In this document: positions 27,669-35,913 of the stretch, piece after piece
Numbering within the stretch: position 1 is the stretch's first letter
Layout: every line of letters starts with the position of its first letter
From: an uncultured Bacilli bacterium
Lineage (GTDB): Bacteria; Bacillota_I; Bacilli_A; RF39; UBA660
NCBI GenBank assembly: GCA_947627385.1
Contig: CANQVV010000002.1
Coordinates: 1 to 43,927 of the forward strand
Length of the DNA: 43,927 nt
Direction: 5' to 3'
Program-made: the position numbers and the translations under genes
The notes under the pieces: model-generated
Seen by the model: only the letters and a program-made list of their open reading frames with translations
What the model was told of the DNA's origin: nothing
Databases searched by the model: none

Positions 27669-28885
27669 ATATTCCGATTATTAACAAGGCCTAAAATAAT
27701 GTAATAAGTTGGAGCAATAGTGATAGTACTTATACTAAACATACTTTGAATGAAATAACCAAGTATTGCTGATTTTAAAATAGGATTTTTTCTTTTGTTT
27801 AATGAATAAAATATTAAAATGCAATACAAAATAGGTTTAAAAATACCTTCTGTAACACACATTTGCAATATTTCATTATGAGCTTTATCAATAAAGCCAT
27901 TATTTTTCATTTCTTTTGAATCATTAGGAAAAGCATATGCAAAACAATCAATACCTATTCCGTGAATAATATATTTAGGAAGAATCTTTATTGTATGTTT
28001 CCAAATAAAGATTCTTCTGCTACCATAGCTATTATCTAAATTTTGATTAACAATAATATCATATGCTTGATAAGATAAATTTTTTATATCTTTATAAACA
28101 TTATTGTTAAAAACAAAATTAATAATAGAACCAATGATTAAAATAATTGTAATTAACAAGGCAATAAAACCAATAATTATTTTTTTTCTGATTTTATTTT
28201 GATGAATATAATAAATAATTCCACTAATGAAAATAATAAAACTGCTTAGTATAGTGCCCATTGAACCTGATAAAAAAATTCCAATTATAGTAATAATAGT
28301 AAATAATAAATATTTTAAATTTTTATAAGTAATTAAAGAAAATAATGATAAGGAAAAACAGATAACCATTTGGATACCAAAAAAATTTGAATTACCTTCT
28401 AAACCTTTAACAAACTGAGTTGAATCATACGGAGATGGTACAATTTTAAAAATTTCTAAAAAACCATAAAAAATTTGTAGTATGCCAAGTATAATAATAA
28501 CATCAATAATCATTTGATGTTTTTTTTTATTTACAAAAGAAGATAATACTAATAATGTATAATAACTTAAAAGTGTTAATAAACCTTCATATCTATTAAG
28601 ATAGCCAAAAACACTAGTTAATTTATATTTAGATAGCAAAGTTGCCAATAAAGCAATTATAATCAGTAGAATTATTATTAAATCTAAACGTTTAAAATTA
28701 TATTTAGAAGTATGAAAATTAACTATTACTAGAGGAATTGCTATTAAAGCTAATAAATATAAAATAATTGAATAGATGTAAAAAGGAACGAAGAAACAAG
28801 ATAGCAGAACTTTAGTTAAAAAAATGACACATAAGCAACCGATTATGAAAATTAAATTAATTGTTTCTAAGCTCTTTTTTTTCAT
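27665..28885 (-). CDS. O-antigen ligase/polymerase-like (Wzy_C family) polytopic membrane protein
   Basis: About 10-12 TM segments and a loop with GSRRIFIW......GIGIDCF.........KAHNEILQMCVTEGI, the family AHN..L....E.G signature. Confidence 0.6.
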   Translation of the reverse strand: MKKKSLETINLIFIIGCLCVIFLTKVLLSCFFVPFYIYSIILYLLALIAIPLVIVNFHTSKYNFKRLDLIIILLIIIALLATLLSKYKLTSVFGYLNRYEGLLTLLSYYTLLVLSSFVNKKKHQMIIDVIIILGILQIFYGFLEIFKIVPSPYDSTQFVKGLEGNSNFFGIQMVICFSLSLFSLITYKNLKYLLFTIITIIGIFLSGSMGTILSSFIIFISGIIYYIHQNKIRKKIIIGFIALLITIILIIGSIINFVFNNNVYKDIKNLSYQAYDIIVNQNLDNSYGSRRIFIWKHTIKILPKYIIHGIGIDCFAYAFPNDSKEMKNNGFIDKAHNEILQMCVTEGIFKPILYCILIFYSLNKRKNPILKSAILGYFIQSMFSISTITIAPTYYIILGLVNNRNI

Positions 28886-29010
28886 TTATTTACTCCTATT
28901 AATATATTTTACTAAATAAATTATAAAATGTCTATTATGTTAAATTATCCTCTTGTATATTAGATAGTTTTTGATATATAATATTTATATAAATAAGATA
29001 GGAGTAAAAA

Positions 29011-30042
29011 ATGAAATTATTTAAAACGAAACTTTTGAAATTTTTTAGTATTTTTGTTATAAGCTTTTTACTTATGTTATTTTCTACACTCAAAGTTAAA
29101 GCCTCAGTTATTACTTTGGAAATTGGAGAAGAATATATAATATCTAATGCTAAAAACTGTCAAACCACTGATGATAATGTTTTAATCTTCTCTAATAATA
29201 ATACTTGTTATATTGTTGGAAATAAAAGTAGTGATAATGTTGTGACAATTAGTTATAATGACGGGAACAAAGATGTAAAGCAAAATTTTATTATAAAGAA
29301 AATGAGTAATTTAAATAATCAATATGTGACTTTAAATGAATTAGCAAATATTATAAATAATGGTTCTTATACAGATACAGTAAAAAATGATTTAAAACAA
29401 TATCTAAATGGTGATATTAAGATTTGGGCAGGTGAATTAAATAATTATTTATATTTATATGTTCAAAGTGGAAATACATTAGAAACTATACAGTTTAATT
29501 ATGATCAAGAAAAAAAGGTAATCGGTAATAAATGGGATTTTTCTTGGAGCAATCATACAAATAATTATAATGATAATTATGGTAATTTTAAAGAAAAATA
29601 TAAAATATATGTTAGAAGTATGCTAATTTGGGTAATTGAAAGTTGTCATAATTTCCAAGAATTTTTAAGTGATTATCCTGATTTAGAAAAAGCTTATACA
29701 GATTTAGCAGAATATTTTACATTTACTTTAAATGATAGTAAAAGTCCTGATACTCAACAATATACTTTTATTGTAAATATAACGGGGGAAATTTCATTAT
29801 CTAAAAATATTTATAAAGAGCCAATCTTAATAGAAGTTGAAGATACAGAAGAACCAAGTGAACCTGATATCCCAGTAGAACCTGAAAAGGATAAAAATGA
29901 TGAAAATAATGTAGATTCGACAATTGAAAATCCATCAACTAATACACCATTTAATATAATTATTATAAGTTTACTAATTGGTAGTATAGTAGTGTTAGTT
30001 ATAGTATTAAAAAAATTAAAGAAAAATAATTTTATGGATTAA
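29011..30042 (+). CDS. Secreted protein of unknown function with a sortase-B-like C-terminal sorting signal (NPSTN)
   Basis: Signal peptide (...FSTLKVKA|SV). The C-terminus reads ENPSTN-TPFNIIIISLLIGSIVVLVIVL-KKLKKNNFMD, which is motif, hydrophobic stretch and basic tail. No recognisable domain in the body. Confidence 0.65.
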   Translation: MKLFKTKLLKFFSIFVISFLLMLFSTLKVKASVITLEIGEEYIISNAKNCQTTDDNVLIFSNNNTCYIVGNKSSDNVVTISYNDGNKDVKQNFIIKKMSNLNNQYVTLNELANIINNGSYTDTVKNDLKQYLNGDIKIWAGELNNYLYLYVQSGNTLETIQFNYDQEKKVIGNKWDFSWSNHTNNYNDNYGNFKEKYKIYVRSMLIWVIESCHNFQEFLSDYPDLEKAYTDLAEYFTFTLNDSKSPDTQQYTFIVNITGEISLSKNIYKEPILIEVEDTEEPSEPDIPVEPEKDKNDENNVDSTIENPSTNTPFNIIIISLLIGSIVVLVIVLKKLKKNNFMD

Positions 30043-30063
30043 TTTTTGAGAAAAAGGTTAAGT

Positions 30064-30091
30064 GAAAAAAAAGCAATATTGCTTTTTTTTC
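30064..30091. terminator. Palindromic A/T-flanked terminator
   Basis: gaaaaaaaagcaatattgcttttttttc is perfectly self-complementary around gcaatattgc. Confidence 0.55.
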
Positions 30092-30129
30092 ATATTTAAG
30101 TATATAATTTATTATGAAAAGGTGATTTG

Positions 30130-31452
30130 ATGTTAGAAAATAAAAAAATATTAATTTTAGGTTTAGCAAAAAGTGGATTTTATGCTGCTAAATTATTAAA
30201 AGATAAAAATGAAATAGTTGTTATAGATAAAAATAATCCTGAACCAGAAAAATTAACAGAATTAAAAGAAATGCCTGTTAATTTTATTCAAAGTGCTGAT
30301 GGCTCTGAAATTTTAGATGAAACATTTAATTTGGTTATAAAAAATCCTGGTATTGAGCCAAGTCAACCATGTGTTCAAAAAGCACTTAAATTAAATATTC
30401 CTGTTGTTAATGAGATGGAAGTAGCATATCATTATTTACCAAAGAATATTAAAATTATCGGAATAACGGGATCTAATGGTAAAACAACTACTACAACAAT
30501 TGTTAGTGATTTACTTAAACTGCATCATGTTCCTGTTAAATTAGGAGGAAATATTGGTTATCCTTTATGTCAAATAGTTAATGATGTTAAAGAAACTGAT
30601 GTTTTAGTATTAGAAATTTCTGATCATCAATTATATAATTTTCAAGATTTTAAAACAGATATAAGCGTTTTAACTAATTTGTGTCCAACTCATTTAGACT
30701 TTCATGGTAATTATGAAAATTATAAAAATGTTAAAAAGAAGATATTTAATCATCATACGATAAAAGATCTTGCAATTCTTAATGCTAAAAATGAAGATAG
30801 TATAGAACTTACAAAAGATATTAAATCAACAAAAATGTATTTTAATGATAGTAAAAATTATTATAATAATGAAGGTATTTATCTTGATAAAGAATTAATT
30901 ATTAAAATAAGTGATATAAAAATTAAAGGTGAACATAATTATGAAAATATTTTAGCTTCTTTAATGGTTTTAAAACAATTTGCCTTTGATAAAAAAATAA
31001 TCAATAAATATTTTCAAAATTTTAATGGGGTTGAACATCGAATAGAAGTTGTAGATAGCAATACACCAATAGAATTTTATAATGATTCAAAAGCTACTAA
31101 TCCAACCTCAACACTTATTGCTCTTAAAACAATGAATAAGCCAGTTCATTTAATATTGGGAGGAATGGAAAGAAGTCAGAATTTTAGAGAACTTGATAGT
31201 GAAATAAACAAAGTTAAATATATATATGCTATTGGAGAGGTAACAGATCGGGTAATTGCTTATGCCCAAGAAAAAAATATACCTTGTTTCAAATCCTTTA
31301 CACTAGAAAAGGCAATGTTAGAAATTCAAAAAAATGTTCAAAACAACGAGGCTGTTTTATTATCACCAGCTAGTGCATCATGGGATCAATATGACAAATT
31401 TGAGACTAGGGGGGAAGAATTTAAAAATTTAGTTGAAAAATTATTTAATTAA
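30130..31452 (+). CDS. murD: UDP-N-acetylmuramoylalanine--D-glutamate ligase
   Basis: ILILGLAKSGFYAAKLL (Rossmann), GITGSNGKTTTTTI (P-loop), FNGVEHRIE and NDSKATNP are present. ATG 30130 is preferred over TTG 30127 because of its spacing to AAGGTGA. Confidence 0.9.
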   Translation: MLENKKILILGLAKSGFYAAKLLKDKNEIVVIDKNNPEPEKLTELKEMPVNFIQSADGSEILDETFNLVIKNPGIEPSQPCVQKALKLNIPVVNEMEVAYHYLPKNIKIIGITGSNGKTTTTTIVSDLLKLHHVPVKLGGNIGYPLCQIVNDVKETDVLVLEISDHQLYNFQDFKTDISVLTNLCPTHLDFHGNYENYKNVKKKIFNHHTIKDLAILNAKNEDSIELTKDIKSTKMYFNDSKNYYNNEGIYLDKELIIKISDIKIKGEHNYENILASLMVLKQFAFDKKIINKYFQNFNGVEHRIEVVDSNTPIEFYNDSKATNPTSTLIALKTMNKPVHLILGGMERSQNFRELDSEINKVKYIYAIGEVTDRVIAYAQEKNIPCFKSFTLEKAMLEIQKNVQNNEAVLLSPASASWDQYDKFETRGEEFKNLVEKLFN

Positions 31453-31490
31453 AGTTATAATTGATATAGTAGTAAAAGGGGCCATAGATT

Positions 31491-32972
31491 ATGAATAATG
31501 ATAATAATATGAATGGAACAGTTTTAGGAAGTACGGATAATAATCCGGTTAATCCACAACCAATACCACCAGTAAATAATGGTATGAATACTGAAACATT
31601 AGGAGGTGTAAATCCAGCACCATCAGTGCCACCCGTTGCACCTGAACCAGTTTCTAATCCAATGCCAGTTCCACCTGCTAACGATTTGAATGCTAATAAT
31701 TTAAATCAAGCAGTGCCAAATCCGGTACCAAGTGAAGCCCAACCAGTTCCACCAATAGAACCAGCACCGATTTCAGCAGCTGAACCATTAGGTGAAACAT
31801 TAGATAATAATGCGCAAATGGCACCAAATCTTGGTGTTGGTGTAAATGTACCACCAATAGAGCCAATTAATGATAATCCTAATGGATTACCACCAATTCC
31901 ACCAATGGATCCTAACCAAGTAACGCCTAATAATCCAACAACAGGTACAGGTTTTACTAATCCTAATGTAATTGGTATAACTCCTCCGGTTTCATTTGAA
32001 CCAGAAAAAGAACCAAAGAAAAAACAAAATAAATTAATGTTTATTATAATAATTTTAGTTGTTTTAGCTGGTGTTGGTTTTGGAACATATTATATTTTAA
32101 ATTATACTGAAATATTTAAAAAAGCTCCGGCAGGAATTTCTATAAATACTAAGGATTTAGAAGTAGAAATTGGCAAAAGCTTATCAACTAATATAACTGA
32201 ATATGCTACAATTAGTGGTACAGAATCAACAAATTGTAGTTTAAATACCAAAGAGGTAGACCAAAATAAAGTAGGTGTTTATACATATACTATTACTTGT
32301 GGTGAAATTAGTAAAACTGGTAAGATTACAATATTTGATAATAGTGAGTTAGTTGTTAATACAAATGTTGTCTATAAAATGAAAGGTGAAACCTTAGAAG
32401 CTAGTGAGTTTGCTAAGGAAGATAGTGATTTAACTTTTGAATTAGTAGATGCTGAGGCTGCTCAAAAATTAATTGATGATAATGAATTTGGATTTCATGA
32501 AATTGACTTAAAAGTAACTGATAGTAATAATAAATCAGCTGAAATTAAAGGCAAATTATATGTTCTTGAACATCGTTTAAAAGGTTTCTATACTTGTAGT
32601 GCTAATGAACAAAATGTTCAAGATTTAGGAGCAAAAAAACAAGTTAGTGAAAGATTTGCCATAGTTGATAATAATGGTAATGCTTATGGTAATATTACTT
32701 ATGAGATAATTACTTATACATTTAGTGATGAAACAGCATTTAATAAATTATTAGAAGAATATCAAAAAAATAAAAAAGTAAAAATAGAAGATAATGAATT
32801 CGAAAATGATATTGAATTTATTGAAAATGAAAAACAAATAATTATTACAAGTGAGCGTGATAATACTGAGGTATTAGAAGAGTATGGTGCTGAAAATATG
32901 GCAACATATAAAACTATTGGTGAATACTTCAAAAATACTTTAAAATATACTTGTACTTATGCTAATAAATGA
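31491..32972 (+). CDS. Bitopic membrane protein with a Pro-rich N-terminal region, one TM and an uncharacterised extracytoplasmic domain
   Basis: About 170 aa of P/N/V-rich low complexity, a TM (LMFIIIILVVLAGVGFGTYYIL), then a ~285-aa domain with paired Cys residues. No recognisable family. Confidence 0.6.
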   Translation: MNNDNNMNGTVLGSTDNNPVNPQPIPPVNNGMNTETLGGVNPAPSVPPVAPEPVSNPMPVPPANDLNANNLNQAVPNPVPSEAQPVPPIEPAPISAAEPLGETLDNNAQMAPNLGVGVNVPPIEPINDNPNGLPPIPPMDPNQVTPNNPTTGTGFTNPNVIGITPPVSFEPEKEPKKKQNKLMFIIIILVVLAGVGFGTYYILNYTEIFKKAPAGISINTKDLEVEIGKSLSTNITEYATISGTESTNCSLNTKEVDQNKVGVYTYTITCGEISKTGKITIFDNSELVVNTNVVYKMKGETLEASEFAKEDSDLTFELVDAEAAQKLIDDNEFGFHEIDLKVTDSNNKSAEIKGKLYVLEHRLKGFYTCSANEQNVQDLGAKKQVSERFAIVDNNGNAYGNITYEIITYTFSDETAFNKLLEEYQKNKKVKIEDNEFENDIEFIENEKQIIITSERDNTEVLEEYGAENMATYKTIGEYFKNTLKYTCTYANK

Positions 32973-32999
32973 AACCCTTAAAAAGGTTTCATTTTTTTT
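32971..32999 (+). terminator. Rho-independent terminator
   Basis: Stem gaaacc / ggtttc (32971-32976 and 32985-32990) followed by atttttttt. Confidence 0.65.
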
Positions 33000-33033
33000 A
33001 AACTTTTGTTATAATTTTAGGCGGGTGATGAAG

Positions 33034-34152
33034 ATGATTTATTTAGATTATTCAGCAACAACTCCTGTAAATAAAGAAGTATTAGATACATTTAATAAAG
33101 CTTCCATAGATTTTGTCGGTAATGCTAACTCTTTACATAAATTAGGTTTTAATGCTTATAATTTAATTGAAAATGCTTCAATGCAAATAAAGAGTATTTT
33201 AAATATAAAAGATGCCGAGATTATTTATACTAGTTCTTCTAGTGAAGCTAATAATTTGGCTATAAAAGGCTTAGCATTAAAGTATCAAAATAGAGGTAAG
33301 CATATCATTAGTACTTTATATGAACATTCTTCGGTTAATGAAACCTTGCTTTATTTAAAAAAATTAGGATTTACAATAGATTATGTTCAAAGTAAAGTAA
33401 ATGGGTTAATTGATTTAGATAATTTAAAATCTTTAATTAGGAAAGATACTATTTTAGTTATTGTTAATGCTATTAATAGTGAAATTGGTATTAGACAAAA
33501 TATTGAAGAGATTGGATCTTTGTTAAAAAATTATAATTGTTTTTATTTTGTTGATTTAACCCAAGCAATCGGAAAGATAAAAGTTGATTTAACTAATGTT
33601 GATTTAGCTTCTTTTTCAGCTCATAAATTTTATGGTTTAAAGGGAATTGGCTGCTTGATTAAAAAAAATAATATTGAATTAATACCTCTTATTCATGGTG
33701 GCAAATCGACAACTATTTATCGAAGTGGAACCCCAGCTCATCCTTTAATTGCGTCATTATCCAAGGCTTTAAGACTTTCTTATGAGAATTTTAATGAAAA
33801 ATATAATTATGTTGTTGAATTAAATAATTACTTAAAAGAAAAGTTAAAAAAATATGATTTTATTAAAATAAATAGTAATGATGATTGTATTCCCCATATT
33901 TTAAATATTAGTGTTAAAGGTATAAAAGCAGAAACTTTAATGCATGCCTTAGAAAAAGATGATATATTTATTTCTACTAAATCTGCTTGTAGTGATATAG
34001 ATAGTATGAGTGAAAGTGTTTATGCTTTAACTAATGATAAAGATTTAGCAAAAAGTAGTATTAGAATTAGTTTATCTTATTTAACTACTAAACAAGAAAT
34101 AGATACTTTTGTAACATCTTTAATAAATAGTTATCAATCTCTACATCTTTAA
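33034..34152 (+). CDS. Cysteine desulfurase (class V aminotransferase, NifS/IscS-like)
   Basis: MIYLDYSATTP N-terminus, the PLP lysine in SAHKFYGLKG and the catalytic Cys loop STKSACS. Start is 33034 (alternatively 33028), after the GGGTGA SD. The ORF-track start at 32959 would run through the upstream terminator. Confidence 0.85.
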   Translation: MIYLDYSATTPVNKEVLDTFNKASIDFVGNANSLHKLGFNAYNLIENASMQIKSILNIKDAEIIYTSSSSEANNLAIKGLALKYQNRGKHIISTLYEHSSVNETLLYLKKLGFTIDYVQSKVNGLIDLDNLKSLIRKDTILVIVNAINSEIGIRQNIEEIGSLLKNYNCFYFVDLTQAIGKIKVDLTNVDLASFSAHKFYGLKGIGCLIKKNNIELIPLIHGGKSTTIYRSGTPAHPLIASLSKALRLSYENFNEKYNYVVELNNYLKEKLKKYDFIKINSNDDCIPHILNISVKGIKAETLMHALEKDDIFISTKSACSDIDSMSESVYALTNDKDLAKSSIRISLSYLTTKQEIDTFVTSLINSYQSLHL

Positions 34153-34157
34153 AATAG

Positions 34158-34184
34158 ACATTTGAACTTTTCAAATGTTTTTTC
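34158..34184 (+). terminator. Rho-independent terminator
   Basis: Perfect 9-bp stem acatttgaa / ttcaaatgt with a T-run. Confidence 0.6.
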
Positions 34185-34213
34185 TTGACATAATTTATTA
34201 ATGGGAGGGGAAA

Positions 34214-34738
34214 ATGAATAACGTTCAAAGAGCAAGATGTATAATTGAAAATTTTAATAAAAACTATCGTCCTAGTCCTTGTTGTTGTATTGCTCAACAA
34301 AATGTTGTTCCAGGTAATATGACATTACAAATAGGTACAGTTACAACCGGAGCACCTGGTAGCGCCGCAGCTGCAAGTATTACAGGAGTAGCTCCTAATT
34401 TCTTTTTAAATTTAACTATTCCACAAGGAGCTACCGGTCCAACAGGTCCAGCAGGTTTACAAGGAGAAGTAGGAGCCACTGGTCCAACAGGTCCAGCAGG
34501 TTTACAAGGAGAAGTAGGAGCCACTGGTCCAACAGGTCCAACAGGTTTACAAGGTGAAATCGGAGCCACTGGTCCAACAGGTTTACAAGGTGAAATCGGA
34601 GCTACCGGTCCAACAGGTCCAACAGGTCCACAAGGAGAAATCGGAGCTACTGGTCCAACAGGTCCAACAGGTCCACAAGGAGAAATCGGAGCCACTGGTC
34701 CAACAGGTCCAACAGGTCCAGCCGGAGCCGCAGCTTAG
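34214..34738 (+). CDS. Collagen-like triple-helix repeat protein (BclA-type spore-surface glycoprotein candidate)
   Basis: A 71-aa N-terminal region (contains PCCC and [33 protein letters not shown]) followed by 34 uninterrupted G-X-Y triplets ([15 protein letters not shown]...), ending GPAGAAA*. SD gggagggg lies upstream. Confidence 0.85.
   Translation: MNNVQRARCIIENFNKNYRPSPCCCIAQQNVVPGNMTLQIGTVTTGAPGSAAAASITGVAPNFFLNLTIPQGATGPTGPAGLQGEVGATGPTGPAGLQGEVGATGPTGPTGLQGEIGATGPTGLQGEIGATGPTGPTGPQGEIGATGPTGPTGPQGEIGATGPTGPTGPAGAAA
34427..34735 (+). repeat. Seven tandem copies of a 45-bp (one 36-bp) unit encoding GATGPTGP(A/T)G(L/P)QGE(V/I)
   Basis: The direct tandem repetition is visible in both the DNA and the translation. 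It also explains the spurious ORFs in other frames and on the other strand. Confidence 0.9.
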
Positions 34739-34826
34739 AATAAATAAAAAAGTCTTTTAAGGCTTTTTTATTTTTGCAGAATTTCGTTTTTTAAATATTT
34801 GCATAAGATATTTTAGGTGATAAGTT

Positions 34827-35903
34827 TTGAAAAAACATAAAATTTGTGTTTATGCGATAACTAAAAATGAAGAAAAATTTGTGGAAAGATGGGTAAATTC
34901 AATGCAAGAAGCAGATAAAATAGTGGTTTTAGATACAGGTTCAACTGATAAAACGGTTTTATTACTTCAAAAATATGGAGTTGATGTTCATACCAAAATA
35001 ATTGAGCCTTGGCGTTTTGATGTAGCTAGAAATGAAGCTTTAAAATTAATACCGGCAGCATATGATATATGTGTTTGTACTGATTTAGATGAAGTAATTG
35101 AAAAAGGTTGGAAAGACAAATTATTAAATGTATGGCAAGATGATACAACTAGGGTTAGATATACATATAATTGGTCTTTTGATGAATATGGTAATCCAGC
35201 TACTACTTTTTTAGCTAATAAAATTCATAGTCGTGATGGTTATGTATGGACTCATCCAGTTCACGAAGTATTAACACCTTTATGTGAAGAAAAAGAAATA
35301 ATATGTAAAGATATAGTTATAAATCATTATCCTGATAAATTAAAATCTCGAAAAAGTTATTTGCCACTTTTAGAATTAAGTGTCAAAGAAGATCCCGAAG
35401 ATGATCGTAATATGCATTATTTAGGTAGAGAATATATGTATTATAAAAATTGGGATAAATGTATTGAAACTTTAAAAAAACATTTACAAATGGATAAGGC
35501 TGTTTGGAAAGATGAGAGAGCAGCTTCGATGCGTTTTATTGCCAGGAGTTATAAAGCCAAAGGTGATATAGATGAAGCAGTAAAATGGTATTTAGATGCT
35601 ATTGAAGAAGCCCCATATTTAAGAGAGGCTTATGTAGAACTTGCTTATATATATTATGAAATGCAAGATTATCCAACAGCATATCATTATTTAAAAAGAG
35701 CTTTAAATATTGAAAATAAAAGTGAAACTTATATAAATGAAGAATTTGCTTGGAATAGTTTTATTTATGATGTTATAAGTATTTGTGCTTTTAATTTAAA
35801 ATATTATCATGAAGCATATAATTATGCTAAAAAAGCCTTAGAACTTGATCAAAATAATATTAGAATTCAAATGAATTTAGAACAAATGGAAAAATATATT
35901 TAA
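34827..35903 (+). CDS. GT2-family glycosyltransferase fused to C-terminal TPR repeats (protein-glycosyltransferase-like architecture)
   Basis: TTG start 6 nt after AGGTGA. ICVYAITKNEEKFVERW....DKIVVLDTGSTDKT and CTDLDE (DxD) mark the GT-A fold. The C-terminal half has TPR-like A..Y..AI...P....AY.ELA.IYY....Y..A..Y..RAL repeats. Confidence 0.75.
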   Translation: MKKHKICVYAITKNEEKFVERWVNSMQEADKIVVLDTGSTDKTVLLLQKYGVDVHTKIIEPWRFDVARNEALKLIPAAYDICVCTDLDEVIEKGWKDKLLNVWQDDTTRVRYTYNWSFDEYGNPATTFLANKIHSRDGYVWTHPVHEVLTPLCEEKEIICKDIVINHYPDKLKSRKSYLPLLELSVKEDPEDDRNMHYLGREYMYYKNWDKCIETLKKHLQMDKAVWKDERAASMRFIARSYKAKGDIDEAVKWYLDAIEEAPYLREAYVELAYIYYEMQDYPTAYHYLKRALNIENKSETYINEEFAWNSFIYDVISICAFNLKYYHEAYNYAKKALELDQNNIRIQMNLEQMEKYI

Positions 35904-35913
35904 AAAAGATTAG

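Noticed and set aside
32959-33033. N-terminal extension of the cysteine desulfurase ORF (track start 32959)
   Set aside because: The extension overlaps the previous gene and runs through its terminator hairpin (32971-32999) and a TGnTATAAT -10 element. The family N-terminus MIYLDYSATTP starts at 33034 behind a GGGTGA SD.
34189-34197. CATAattTA as a sigma-K-type -10 element for the collagen-like gene
   Set aside because: No AC lies at the required 16-17 nt upstream. The implied start site would also fall inside or after the SD (gggagggg) of the gene.
34427-34735. Regular short repeats that could suggest a CRISPR array
   Set aside because: The units are directly tandem with no unique spacers, are in frame and encode G-X-Y triplets. 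There are no cas genes. This is a coding VNTR, not a CRISPR array.
34294-34760. 133-aa minus-strand ORF and 68-aa plus-strand ORF within the collagen-like gene
   Set aside because: Both are alternative-frame or antisense readings of the 45-bp tandem repeat. They exist only because the repeat lacks stops in those frames.
34802-34810. CATAagaTA as a sporulation-sigma -10 element for the GT2-TPR gene
   Set aside because: The implied transcription start would fall within the AGGTGA SD (34815-34820), and there is no matching -35 element.
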